Source: Amoeboaphelidium protococcarum X5 (Eukaryota > Fungi > Aphelidiomycota). From it: a stretch of 64,000 nt of DNA. The stretch spans positions 1,279,580 to 1,343,579 of the forward strand of contig JALDTO010000266.1 in the NCBI GenBank assembly GCA_023515725.1, given 5' to 3'. Shown here in pieces: positions 24,890-39,142 of the stretch. The position numbers were made by a program, and so were the translations under genes. How positions within the stretch are numbered: position 1 is the first letter of the stretch; each line of letters starts with the position of its first letter. A model generated the notes under the pieces. The model ran no database searches, was not told where the DNA came from, and saw only the letters and a program-made list of their open reading frames with translations.

Positions 24890-26152
24890 TCATAGCAGTG
24901 AAATATTGCCTTTATAAATGGCACTATCATAGTCTGGAATGTAGCCCAATACTTTGTGAATTTGAGATGACTAACATCCACGCAACTTGATCAGTTCATC
25001 AGAATTAAAGTTTACTATTCCACACGCGACAGGCTTAGTGTCGGAATCTTTTAATTATTACACAAGTCGCAGCAGGTCGCTGTGAGATAATCCCTTCTTG
25101 GTCATCACTGCCAATTTCTCCTTTAATGAGCTAGATATTACATTTATTGATACGCACTCTTGATCTTGGAATGAACCTTCTACACAATGTAAGCCGGCTA
25201 GCAGGAGAGATGAAGATTAAGGACAACAGAGACCCTGCAATACATCATTGTCTATATATAACGTTCCATTGCGAGTCAGACACGTTCTAATCCAGAATTT
25301 ACGGTCCACGTTGACAACAGACTTATCAACGTGATAAGGCACAAAATACGTGTACAAATATCGCTTATCAACACTTCCATTCTATACATCTTTAATAAAA
25401 TCTGGAATATCTTAAACATGATCTGAGCACATGATCATACAACCAGTCCCTCCGCTAATTGCATTTTTCGCAGCGATAATCTTGGTGATCATGCCGCCTG
25501 TGCCGACATTAGAGCTACTATCTTCAATCTTAATAGTCTTTAGCTCAGACAAATCTTTAATCAGTTTCAATGGCTGCGCTTTAGGATTCCTCTTTGGATT
25601 ATCAGTATACAGAGCGGGGACATCAGTTAGCAACAGTAGATAATCAGCATGTACCATCAAAGCTATGATCGAAGATAGAGTATCATTATCACCAAATTTC
25701 GTCTCGCTAACACTAAGAGTATCATTCTCATTAACAACTGGGATGACGCCCATACTGAGAAGCTCCTTGAGCGTGTTGCATGCATTCTGATATCTGCTAG
25801 CATTAATCACATCGCTTCGGGTGAGCAATATTTGCGAAACTTTGAGACCAACCTTTCCAAACAACATATCATACGTCGACATCAGTTATATCTGACCCAC
25901 AGATGCCATAGCTTACTTCGTAGCCAGACTCATACCATCTTTTGTCGTCCTGCCAAAGCTTATCATACCGGTAGCAACGGCCCCACTCGAAACGATCACA
26001 ACTTTGATGCCGTCTTTGTGAAGAGCGACGCAAGTTTCAACAAGGGCGCTGAGCATGGAGATCTTGGGGTGTCCTCGCTCATCGACAAGACTACTAGATC
26101 CCACCTTTATCACGATAATCTTTGCTGACATTATTATTGCAGATCCGGGCAT
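24890..26152 (-). CDS. PRO1: Glutamate 5-kinase with PUA domain
   Basis: 'IVIKVGSSSL', 'VSSGAVATG', 'PVVNENDT', 'FGDNDTLS', 'GTGGMITK', C-terminal PUA domain. Alternative start at 26131. Confidence 0.95.
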
Positions 26153-26325
26153 TTAATTTGTTTGCACAGACAGACACACACGGATAGATAGATAAGATAG
26201 AGAGGAGTCGCGTTGCCAAGTTGAGGACGGCTTGTTGAATTTTGTGATTGCAAGTTTGTGTTCGCACGGTGATCGATCGATGTCGGTCGGGCTAAAGGGA
26301 AATCTCTCCCCTTGTACGGCCAACA

Positions 26326-26332
26326 TGAGTCA
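26326..26332. promoter_or_regulatory. Candidate Gcn4/AP-1 site (TGAGTCA) upstream of PRO1
   Basis: ATGAGTCAC about 175 nt upstream of an amino-acid biosynthesis gene. Confidence 0.35.
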
Positions 26333-26939
26333 CCATTGTGCCGTTACTCGCGTATAAACGTGGTTTTGCAGGCAGTAAAATTATTAAAAACCCGTATAAT
26401 ATTATAGTGCTTTTTCAAGTTTTTGTATGTGTATTTCTTACATTGTAGTTGTGAAGTTTGTGGTTCATTGTTTTTAAATTTCCGATGAGATTGATTGTGT
26501 TACCTGACCATCCTTGGCGGTATTTCTCTTTTGCTCAATGACTAAATTTGCCTTATCAAGTTGTTTGGTTAGTTTAGTCGCGTAAGTCCGCTATATAGGC
26601 TAAAGTTTTATTATTGAGTGATATTCGCGTATGTTGAGCTCTTTGATGTCTTTAGTCTACTCGACTTTACGATTTCAGATTGCAGCATTAAAATATTTTC
26701 AGGCAACTTAGTACAACTTGGAAACTGTATCCTCATCTACATGGGCATAATACATTTGTACTTATCACACTCTAAATTGAAAAAATGAAACTGATGACAT
26801 CGTAATAGATTCTTTTACCAATCGATTTCAGTTCAATATTTGATCAGTTTTCAACTCTCATCCCTGCAGTTTTAGCGCACAAAGTAATTTCTCTTATTCT
26901 AACTAACAAAAAAGCTCAAAACATTATATCATATTCACA

Positions 26940-27974
<1,035 letters not shown>

Positions 27975-28192
27975 ATAAATACCTATTATAAACGTACTTC
28001 AATTGTGTACTCTTTTTTTAGCCTTATGTTATAACATAATCACAGGTGATTTATAAGAGACTGCCTTATGTAAAATCTCAAATGACCACAAGTTAACGAT
28101 TAATGGCAGTTGATACAATAACGTGACTTTAATCGATAAAACGCGTAAAAAATAAGCTGTTGAAAGATTATATTTATTCAAAGCGGCGAAAT

Positions 28193-29046
28193 TCAAGCCT
28201 GTACTTACTGTAAAGGAACACCAGCAGCCTTGGCCTTCTTCAAAGTCTTCTGCTAGCTCTTGATACCCATAACACCACCACCCCAAGTCTTTCTAATCTC
28301 ATCAACCTTATCATTATAGTTGGCCTTGACAGCCTTGACGAGGGAGGCGAGCTCAGCCTTGTCCTCTTCACGCACATCACAGATCGCAACAGCGGTGGCA
28401 GTCTTCTTGTGCACCAAAGTTCCCAGACGTGCTTTTCCCTTAATGATAGCATATGGAACACCCATCTTTCTGCAAAGAGCAGGCAACCAGACGACAATCT
28501 CGATAGGATCGACATCATTGCTGATGAGCACGAGCTGTGCCTTTTTATTCTCAACCAGCGCAGTGACGTGGTTAATACCGTATTTGACAAAGAGAGGCTT
28601 CTTTCCACTCTTCTCCACCTTCTTGCCATCCGCAGTGGCTTGAGCGACAGCAGTCAAACGCTCCTTCTTCTGAGCCTTAGTTTCTGGTCTGTACTTGCCC
28701 AGCAATTTCAATGCCTGTACCGCAGTGTTTTTGTCCAACACACGCGAGAACTAGTTGATGGATGGAGGCACCTTCAGGCGCATCTTCAGAATAGCCTTCT
28801 ATCTCTACAAGCGCACATATTTAGGCCACTTGACGAAGCGGGACAGATCACGCTTTGGCTGAATATCATTTCCAATGCCAAAGTTGCGTGGCTTCTTTTA
28901 AATCAATGGATTTGATGGAGTGCTCGACTTTTTAGGAGCTGCTGCTGGATTAGCGGCTACTTTCTTTCCCTTTGGAGCCTACATGAATATAAGCGGATTG
29001 TAATATAGTATGAATAACGCGTATTTCCAAATTAATAGCTTACCAT
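28193..29046 (-). CDS. RPL7A: 60S ribosomal protein eL8 (L7a/yeast L8); intron 28979-29043 directly after the ATG
   Basis: '[33 protein letters not shown]', 'KYRPETK', '[22 protein letters not shown]', 'WGGGVMG'. Confidence 0.97.
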
Positions 29047-29482
29047 TTTAATAATCTAACGTGTATATTTACTAGAGGAAGTGCCTGATGGATTAGGAAT
29101 TCCTTGCAATAACGGAAGAATAATCGCACGAAAACTTTGAAATCTCAAAATTTCGGTAAAGGTTGACGAGCCGCTCGCGATTTCGAAGAATGCACGGGAA
29201 AACGTTGAAAAAGATTACACACGAAACGGTAAGTGCTCAGAAATGAGGCACCATCGCGTTAAAGCTACTGGATCTAATGGGTGTTTATTTCAGTACAGAC
29301 TCAATTAATAATTTCTCGAAAGGCCAAAAGATCTCAAGATATATTTTATCACTTTCTCAGTCTTAAAACTTTCTCTCAATTAGTTTACTCTAAAGTCAAA
29401 GTCACACAGAGCAGAGTAAATTTTCTTATTTTTCTCCTTTGTTTTTCGCTTGACGTATCAACTATTTGAAATTTAATTGAAG

Positions 29483-30958
29483 ATGTCGCGTTGGCTTCGT
29501 GTAAGTAATCACTCAGCGTTGGATGTCAACTCTATTGTGCAATATGCTATTACATCAGCGAATAATCTATTAGAAAGCAGAAAAGATCATTAGAAAGTTT
29601 TAGAATTGACTTTAGAACCGGAAATCAATTGCCCTGTGGTGGCGGAGGTTGGATCGATTTGCTGCATCTTTGATATGGGATCTGGTATGGATGCGCCGTT
29701 TCTTGAGAATATACTCACCAAACTGTCTGTGAATAAAACTTCTCGGTTGAATATATCGCTCATTTATATTGATCAAGAGTTGCCTAGTGATGCAGTTAGA
29801 CAGCAGAGTTCACAGAACTTGAGTGAGTAGATTTGTATCTCTGTCGCAGTCTCATCACTTCATTCGCTGTCACTGGCTCTAATGAACATTGTATGCGATA
29901 CGTTCGAGTTCAAGTCATTTATCGTCAATGATTCTCTTTATCTCTGTAATCAATGCGAGCTTGTGGATAAGCGATTAAAGATTGAAAAGGTTGCTGACAA
30001 ATCTCTGCTTATTAATTATGTCAGTCTGAAGAGTAAGTCAGTGGTAGCGGTTAATGTATCAATGTCGGAAGGTAAAAATATTCCCAAAGATAAAGTAGCT
30101 TTCATGTCTTTACCTGCATCATCTGGTTAATCCAACACGTTCTCTCTTATAAGATCACACACGTGTTGCTTTATAAATCCAATCGTAGAGCGGGAGAATA
30201 ATGTTACTCTGAAGCTGCCTATTGTAAAATATAATCATCCCGCTTTATCGAGCTTTGTTCGTATTGTTTAGTGTGGACCGATGACGGACATGGAAGATTG
30301 TGACGAAAAGTGCCAACAACTGGTGGAAGCGACACAGTATATTCCATTGTCTGACGATGAAACAGTGCTGTATCAATAGTTTGCTCCCAGTGATAGTAGC
30401 TCTCCCCTGCCAAAGATCTGCCAGACTATTTTGCAGTTTGTAGAGTTGAAGACATTCACGCAAGAGCAAGCAACTCAGTTTATGAGTCTCCTAAATGGGT
30501 TGAAGTATTTCTACAAGAATTCTGACGCGGCTCTATTTCCACAGACTCGATCCACTACCGAAAGATCGCGATTGTATATTCGATTATTTGATGAGATCAT
30601 CTTTGCATCCTAGTTAGCGGAAAGTCCATTGTCTGGTTTGATATCTAAGCTCTTTTCTGATGTCTTAAATTTGGGTCTTCGCTAATATAAAGGCTACTTG
30701 CAGCCAAAGCTGGGCGTGCAGATTAAGAAAGATTAATCAAATGTCATCAGAGATATAAACTCATTTTTAAAAGGATAGGACCAGTCATAGACAAATCTAA
30801 ATAGACCGTAGTTTGTTGGCAGAAGTCAGTAATTTCGCGATTAGGATTGGCAAAATCCCTTCCCTGATGATCGCAAGACTTGGGAGATTACTGGTGCCGA
30901 TAAAAAGAAGAGAAAGTTGATGAATAGCGCGATGCTTGAATTCTCTCCTGATTACTGA
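29483..30958 (+). CDS. Hypothetical protein, 491 aa, with C-terminal NLS-like KKKRK
   Basis: The ORFs at 29606, 29882 and 30431 share one frame from ATG 29483 to TGA 30956 under code 6. No family recognised. Confidence 0.7.
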
Positions 30959-31179
30959 AATTGTATTGGCATTAATATTACTAGCCTTGTGAAATATGAA
31001 TATGTGTATAATGAGCCTTTTACCTTTAACTGGCTTCGTCAGGTGATGTGTAAAATCACGAGTTGTGGTGTATCATGGGCGCATCATCTGATGTCGAATA
31101 GTTGGGGTGCGTCCCTCTTAGTTTTGCTTTCCATTATCTTTATACGTAGTATCGAAACAGTTCATACAATAAATAAATC

Positions 31180-31632
31180 ATGTCTCTCATCTTTAGTGTT
31201 ATTAAATTTGTCTTTAGTGTTATTCGCAGGACTTGCGTGGTAATGATGAATGTACCTCTTTTCCTTCTGAAATGGAGAAAGGTTGATGAAACAAGGTCGC
31301 CTTCAAATTTATTCATTGGAACTCCTGCAAGCCATTTAGAAGGCGAGCCTCTTCCATCACGCTAGATTAACGCTATATAGGACAGGGGTCGTTAAGAATT
31401 CTCAGACCATTCCGACTGGAAACTCTCGCCGCTTGATGAGATCTTTGGTTTTCCTATACGCGATCGGTATCTTCCCTCTGCTGGAAAATCATAGACTTTG
31501 CCTATTTGGCAATTGAAACCGAGACCGAACAGATAACAAGCGATTGGCGCACCTCTATAATATGGACATTTAAATAGAAGATCCAGATCATTACCTTTTC
31601 TGGATGACAGAAAACTAGTCAAGGCCATGTGA
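31180..31632 (+). CDS. Hypothetical protein, 150 aa (uncertain; an antisense open frame 31056-31628 also exists)
   Basis: ATG-to-TGA under code 6 with several TAR codons; no recognisable motif. Confidence 0.3.
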
Positions 31633-31959
31633 AATATAGATGATATCCACGAATAGATATTCTCTCTCTCTATCTATCTCTTGCTAAAGCCGCTTTCATT
31701 GTTCATTTGTTTTGCATCAAGGGAGAATCAACTGTAATTTTTTAATCGACGCCTCTACAGCTCTTGTTTGAAACAACAAACTTTGCAAACTTGCTCAATA
31801 AAGCTGCAAAGGACCAAGTCCGTAACTTTATTGTTAGTTTTTGTCCATTTATTATTGTCAGCTCACACATTCTGAGTCAAGATTGATATTTCTAAAAGAA
31901 AGTTTGCTGTATAATCCTTGTCCTTGTCATTTAATCTGAACCGAAGAATAAGAGTCAAC

Positions 31960-33060
31960 ATGGTAGCTGGGAAGATATGGAAGGGAATAGTTAGAAAATC
32001 AAGATAAATTCTGGCTCCATTAATAAGCAGGCCGTCAAGTCCAGTGGGTGAGAGTATTGAGTTGTCAGAGTCAACCAGTCGCCGTAAGAGGCGATTAAGT
32101 CAAGAAGATGACGACGAGTTTAAGCCAGATTCTTTACCAACGTCCCCGGAAAGAGATCATTTATCCTCTGGCAGTAAATTGCAAATTTCCACACAGCTGA
32201 CTAAGAAAATAAGGTTTGCTCAATCTAGTGCATAGCCTCTTGTTATTGGTACATCGTCTCGCAGAACATCATTACCGTCAGCGAATCCGTTGCAATTGTC
32301 CACCGAGTCATAAACAGGAATGGATCTCCGGTCAAAGTCTGCGCCCGCATCAAAGCAGACATCTCCAGTGGATGAAGAGTAGACATCTGGATTAAGCAAG
32401 CGATTACGGCGAAGAAAAAGTGGCTACTCCTCAGGTAATGGTGGATAAGTTTAGAGAGATGATTGCACAATGACTGAGAGTACTAGCATCATACTCATAG
32501 GCAAAGGCCAATCGTAAAGGCTGTTGAAACTTTGTCAAAAAGTCAAACTACCGCAGTCAACAGAATCACAGACTGTAGAGTTCAAACAATCAGAGTGGCA
32601 TCCAGAAGTTGCGGATCTGACTATTAAGCGGGCGGACAAGTAGAAGAAATCACAAAAGTCATTATCTCACTAGCAACAATAGTAAGAGCTTGAAAATTAT
32701 TTGGGTTAAATGAGAAAGTCTCACGCGAAAATGGAAACTTTGGAAAAGAGAGCCCTGAATAGAGAGAAGGAGGAGTACATGTATCAAAAGCACTTGGCAT
32801 ATTTGCGTGAACAAGAACAAAGACAGAAGGAAATTAATGAACAATTTAGCCGTGGTAATAGAATTTAAAATCATTCCTATTTATTATTACTCACTGTTGG
32901 ATATCACTAATACCGTTAAATTTCTCTGACATGCTTTTATGGTGATGGGCAATTTCAGTGCTCAGATTTCGCGTCAATCTTTGCAGATCTTCCACAACTT
33001 GGACGTGAAGTAGCTCCATCTCTGCAGATACCACTCCATGGATCAATTTTGCTCTCTTGA
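31960..33060 (+). CDS. Disordered nuclear protein with Sas4/PEHE-like helix; 3' end uncertain
   Basis: Continuous frame from ATG 31960. 'YLGQMRKSHAKMETLEKRALNREKEEY' resembles Sas4/PEHE (H.KME..EKR..N.EKE). The first in-frame TGA is at 33058, inside the convergent gene. Confidence 0.55.
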
Positions 33061-35116
33061 ACAAGTGTTCCATTGCAGACACCTCCAGATTCTTCTTTTC
33101 GGTATTCTTTAGACAGGCCTGTAATCTTGAAGTTAACTTTTGATGGACTTCCACCAGCTTGCTTAATCTATCAATGTACTGAGACAACTCGTAAGACTCT
33201 TCAATAATTGGGATGTGCGCATTGTTCACACTCTAGTTCTGAGACACGCCCAACTCGGCAACTTTTCGACTGATCTGCGGGAACTCCTGATTAATAGAGG
33301 AGCACTACTAACACTGCTTTCCATGCCAACACCAACCATCTTCAAGTTATGAAGCGCCCACCAAGCGAATTAGAGACATGCTAAGACGAACATTCAGATT
33401 CTTAATCGCAGGACTCAGCGAAAAGATCAAAGAGCTGCATTAACGCAATTGCTCGATGCTGTCCAGAAGTAGAGCCGTCTTCATCTAAAACTCTTGGACA
33501 TAGTTCTGATAAGCTAGCATACTGACTTTCATATTCTCAATATTATTCATGGCGCGTAATGTCTCATTCTGATTAGATACGTGCACTTTATCAAAGAACT
33601 TTTCTCCTAAATTCTTCATGGACAATATCTTCTCTATGCGCTTCCTGCCAACTTTGTACTCCTGATCACTGCTACAAGTGACAAAAAATTTAAAAGCTTC
33701 ACTTTAACTCAACACGGGATGGGACGCAATCTTGCGAATATATCTTTATAATGAGCGTCTCTGCAGCTCCAAATAAGAATTCCCTGTTTTACCACCTGCA
33801 AACTGCGACTACAGAACATTCTTGTTATGAACCAAATCATAAGCCTTGCTGCCATGATGACTAAATTCACAATCAGGCATCGGATATATTGCCAGAAGCG
33901 GAAACTCCTTCTCCAGCTATGCATGCAGCCACTCGAAATGCTTCAGCTTGCGACAAAAATGAGAATCTGTCGTTTTTTCATGCATCTAAAACCAGACTTG
34001 GGAACTCAACAAGCCAGTCTTTACCAAATGCCCAGTCACAAAAACATCAAACTTCGTTGCATAAGGCGCGTACTCCCACTTATATGACGCGTCATCCCCA
34101 TCAGACACTGACTCCATAAAGTAATGCTTAACACTCACGTCTGGTATCAAAGATATCTCTTTCAGTAGATAATCTTCAACACCAGAAGATACAAAAAATC
34201 CAAATCGATTAAAGCTCTTGGAAGGCAGTTTATTCTGTCTGAGTCCAGTACCAGCGGCAGAGACATCAGTGACTTGACGCGAAGAAACCACAGTCTATTC
34301 AGGAGATCCCAAAGAGTCTGGAGTGCCACCGGATTGGATGGAAGTTAATGCATCAGCCGGATGTCCTTAGGAGAACAATTCCGAGGATGATATAGGTGCG
34401 CCGCGCAGAGTACCAGTGCGAGAATGCTAAGGACTAGTTATATAAGTGCTGCTACCGCCAAAGATCGCTCCTTCGGCCTCGCGAGCAAAGTTGTCAGAGC
34501 TAATTCTACCCAGTCTATTGTAACCGGATGGGGTCGTCAGTGTGTTAGGTACTAGCGGTAAAGGAGGCGCAGGAGTTTCAACAGGAAATGTGGACATTTA
34601 TGGTGAGCTATTACCAATCAGCTACTGACTGCTGATGTTATCGCGCGCATTCTACATTTGCTCATTCTACATGGTCATTGTTCTCAAGCGATCAGCCAGT
34701 TGAGAGGCCCATGCTGACGCAGAAGACCCAGTTCGATCAAGTGCAGCACCGGCAGCCTCTTCATTCGACGTGACATTCAGCCTAGCATTCGAGTCATCAA
34801 CTTACAGCTAGCCAACAGCCTTCTGCTTCTCCAATGCATCTCGGGTAGTCATTGGAGGCGTCGGAGGCTTTTCATTGTATGGCAACTACTGTGGGCTTTC
34901 ATCACGAGCGCTATGGAAATCATCGTGATCTGTAACAGCATCCAGCTTCTCAACGTACAATCTGGGGAATATACCAACCTGACCATCCGCAGTCTTTCCA
35001 TGCCACCAGCCATCGTCTCCACCATCATTCAAGACTTCAATGTAATCTCCAGCTAGAAATGAGATTTCTTCGTTTGATTTATCACCACTGAAATCGTACA
35101 GCGCGATAGCTTTCAT
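32891..35116 (-). CDS. SNX9/18/33-like sorting nexin (SH3-LC-PX-BAR)
   Basis: N-terminal SH3 (ALYDF...WW.G...G.FP..YV), yoke 'FVSSGVEDYLL', PX 'RKLKHFEWLHAQL..FP...HPVLSQSEAFKFF', 'EYKVGRKRIEK', C-terminal BAR; 741 aa. Confidence 0.88.
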
Positions 35117-35332
35117 ATTAGAATCCTCGTGAGAAAATATATTTTATATTGTTACTGGTGTAAAATGTGGGGAAATGTGAATTTAAAAGAAGCACCATTG
35201 TCTATTGTCTGGCGCAAAAATGGCGCGTCGAATGCTTTACAATTCAGAGTGACCCCTGAACACACACCAAGTTGAAATCACCGCCTGAATCAGCACAGAT
35301 TATAGTATCACACAATTATATAACTTTTAGAT

Positions 35333-35812
35333 TCAATCTGATTTACTGTTACTATCGTTCCAGTCAACTTTGGAATTGGTGTCAATATCAGGCATAACGT
35401 TAGACTTGACCTGTGATCCATATCCAATCTTGGGCAGACCCCAATCGTATTTCCAATTGGCCCATCGGTAGAGTTGGGTGAGCTGCAGAGACTCGTTCGT
35501 GGCGTGACACGCGAATAAAAGATAATTTCTAGGCAACACCTACCAGGCAAAGCGCATAAAAAGCAGAGAGTAAACGGTCATTGCGGTGGTCATATTTGGT
35601 GAAATATAATCCGGGCTTTAAGACTTGAGATCATTGTACGCTGCCAGCGGAAGTCCCCAATTAGCGACTGGACCCCAAAAGTGCTACACTATAATCAATC
35701 ACAAATCAACACTATGATGATAATTTTGGAAACGTACCGTACTCATGAGATACTTTCTAAAGTCTGGACTTTGTAAATATTACACAAATTTACTTGAGGT
35801 AGTTGCTGACAT
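35333..35812 (-). CDS. MPC1: Mitochondrial pyruvate carrier 1; intron 35684-35737
   Basis: 'YLMST|HFWGPVANWGLPLAA...ISPNMT...FMRFAWQVLPRNYLLFACH'. Confidence 0.95.
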
Positions 35813-36430
35813 TTCGTTCGTTAATCAGTAAAGTTATTCGATCCAAAAAGCAAAATGAAGTGATTAAATCAAAGGCAAATAAAAGACTTGTTCGCAGTAG
35901 CTGAGTGGAAGTGATGAAATAACAGTCGACTTAACAATATGAGAACATATGCGCAGATTAATTGGTTAGAACTGCAGCTTAATATCTCAGAACTGACAAT
36001 TTTGATAAAGTATAGGAATTTAGCAATACTCATTAGATATGAGAGGCGCCAACCGTGTACAGCGATCGGTTCTGAAGTTTCGCCGAATATGGCAGAGGCT
36101 CTAAATCAATTTTAATTAAATCAAGACTGTTAAATCAAACGCGAAATGGATCTCAAGTTTTAAAAGTAAACCAATGGCGAGAATCAATGAAACCAGTTTC
36201 AACAATAGTCTAAGATGGTCATGAAACGGTAAGCGCTGCGAGTTGTTATTTCACATCTCGCGCGATCGCTCGCACTCATCGCGCTGGTTTCTCTCGTCGG
36301 CCGACTCACTATCGTCATTTTTCATTCTTTTCCATACGGACGTACGACCAGCTCTCTCGTATATATCTTTCTCCGAAAATACTTGTTCTTGCATTTTGCA
36401 AAACTACGAAAGAGTTTTCCTACGCAAATT

Positions 36431-38908
36431 ATGGATTCTGTTGATCAAAGTAATTCTTCTTTGGCTTAGAATGGTGATTCTCTGACAAGTGTAGACTCTT
36501 TGAATTCTGTCGAATCATCGGCTCCACCCGTGAAGGATACCACGCCTATGGAGAATGCATCGGCTGAAGTGGTACGCGACGCTCCTGGCAGTGGCGAACA
36601 GAGTGGAACGCAGCTATCATCTCAAGATGCTCAGTCTCTCAGCGCTGCAGACGCTGCTGCTGCGTAATAGTAGATGTAAATGTTTATGTAGTATGGTTAG
36701 CAAATGAATCCTGCCATGATTTAATAGCTGATGATGATGTAATAGTAGATGCAAATGGTACCACCTCCACCTGGAGCTGTTAATCCATAGTAACTCATGA
36801 TGGCGAATCCTCAGCAATTTGGTTAAATGTTTTAGATGCCAACTACTCCTGAACAGTATCAATAATACATGGCAAGATTTGCTGCAATGGCATTACATCA
36901 GTAGTAGTAATAGCAGCAGCAGTAGAATATTCACAATGATCAGCGCTAAATGGCACCTGTTGCTGCAACGGGCGCGGTCGCTTCTGGATCGGCCGACGTT
37001 TCGGCGAAGAGCGAAACTGATTAGAACGGCGACGGCGATAATGTCCAGCCGGCGAAGAATCCAAGACAAGTGGCGTAGCCTCAGCCATAGGTTGGTCTAC
37101 CTTACCTGCGCCCGGTATAGTGCTATTGCAATAATCCACTCAGCCTGCCGTACTAGCCACCGATCCGGTGTGTGAAATGCAACCGATTCTACCATCCTCA
37201 TTGTATTCCGACTCTGGTTGAGTTTGGCATTCTCCTTGGTGATGATTATTACTAGTATGAGTGCCAGCGTTGCACGTCACCAAATTTTGATATTTAGCAC
37301 TACTTGAAGCCTGAGATTGTCTCTGCTCTGGAAGGTGATCCGACGAAGCACTCTTATCCTGAGGTTCTGAAAAGATTGCACGTTCTTTGGGCGGATATTA
37401 ACCATTTGGTGCTTTATCATTTGACGCACACTCACCATCTCACCTACTTCTAATGGAAGCAGCATCTATGCACTTTTGTTGAATAAAATTGGCATCGTTT
37501 CTTCTACAAGCTAAAGCCTCCTTCGATTTCCATGGGAGTAGAGAATGCCAGAGAGCGCGGTGAGACGCCAAAGTATGGTGAGCCATGGCACTCTAGTATT
37601 GCTAGTGCTTTGAGTTCAAATTCACCTGCCCGCTTTATCTGCAGTAAGCATTAGGACTCGTCCATTCAGCTGTAGAGTACCGTGCCTGTTTAGGGAGGAT
37701 AAGTCGGATGGTGGGCTCTTACTGATCCGTCTCGTTATCCAGCCGATATGGAAGCCAAGAGAACTGGTAGATTAGAAGGTGTTATCTATAAGGGAAGAAT
37801 TGTGGAGATGCCACCAGAGTTGATTGCGCGTAAGGAGAAGAGTGGGAGATTGTCGTTGAGTGCAAGCAGTGTCGATCTAAAGGAGGATGCGAATGGGTCA
37901 AAGAAGAACGGTACATCAAAAAAGGAGAATAAGCGCAAATCAGTCAACGATGCCAATGTGTCTGAGAAGAAGCCTAAAAAGAAGAAGGTTAAGAAGGAAA
38001 TCAGTCCGGACACGCCGATTATTAAAATCTATCCGGATTTACCTAATCCTTCTGCAGATCAAGGAACCGTCCGCATGTCGAATCAGTCAACACACTCGGC
38101 GTAGTAGTTCAAGTTTTCTTCTGATGGCCTTACTATTTGGAATGAGAAAGGCTATCGTTTGTGCAAGGCATCTCATGGTGTTGATGAAGGAATTTGGTAC
38201 TTCGAGTGTGAGATCTTACCAAAGCTGACGCCAAAATCCAATCTGAGAATTGGTTGGTCTTAAATCAGTGGTGATTTACAAGCTCCTTGCGGTTTCGACA
38301 GCTTTAGCTACTCGTTTAGAAGTGATCCGCCTTCTCTATTCCATTAGGCATTAGGAGTGGCTGATTATTCGTAAAATGAACAGTATCAACCTGGCGATAT
38401 CTTGGGTGTTATGATATGTCTTCCTCCTCTACGTAAAGATGCTGATGGTAATGGTATTTTTGAGTCTGCTGAAGGCGCTGCATGTGATCCTTTACCAGGA
38501 TATTGGGATGGTCGCAGTCAGTATCAAGCAGTGTCTTACCGTTTACCTCGTCCAGCGTGTAAAGGTAGCTGGATTCGCTACTTCATCAATGGACAAGATT
38601 TGGGAATCGCTTTTAAAGACTTGTACTATGGCAAGTACTATCCGGCTGTGAGTTCTTATATGGGCGGTACAGTAAGAATGAACTTTGGTGATGATAGCGT
38701 CGGTGGTGGTTTCTCGATTGATTAGGCGGTGCTAGACAAGTTTAATGCGAAGGGATTGAACGAGTGTCGATTTCCGCAAGTGACAGATGAGGTGTAGCCT
38801 TTGTCTATGACTGAAGAGGATTAAACTAGTATGGAAGTTAAAAAGGAATCAGAGCCTGCTTAGAGCTAGGAAATTCCAGAAGAACCTGTTGCAAACAATG
38901 GAAATTGA
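36431..38908 (+). CDS. ASH2: COMPASS subunit Ash2/Bre2 (Gln-rich N-terminus, PHD-WH, SPRY)
   Basis: 'YCYC...CVKCNRFYHPHC...GDDYYQYECQRC', 'KGYRLCKASHGVDEGIWYFE', 'LQAPCGFDSFSYS', 'GSWIRYFING...AFKDLY.GKYYPAVSSY...NFG'. Confidence 0.92.
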
Positions 38909-39142
38909 ATTTAGTATGTTATGATTGAAAAAAATATATTTTTAGTGTTCATTTACCGTACTCGATTTTTAGTGCTCGTTTAGCACGCGTAAAGTATTTC
39001 CCTTTTGGATTGACGCCGCATCGCTTCAGAGGCGTGTCAGATTGAATGATGTCACACTTTAAAGCCCGTCGCAAGTCCCCTCTCTCTTTATTCTCCAAAC
39101 TTCTTTATCGCATTTCCAATAAAGGACCTTAAACATTTAGAG

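Noticed and set aside
28158-28208. Possible 3' intron in RPL7A (GTAAGT...CAG)
   Set aside because: The unspliced frame ends naturally at TGA 28193; splicing would add an implausible tail.
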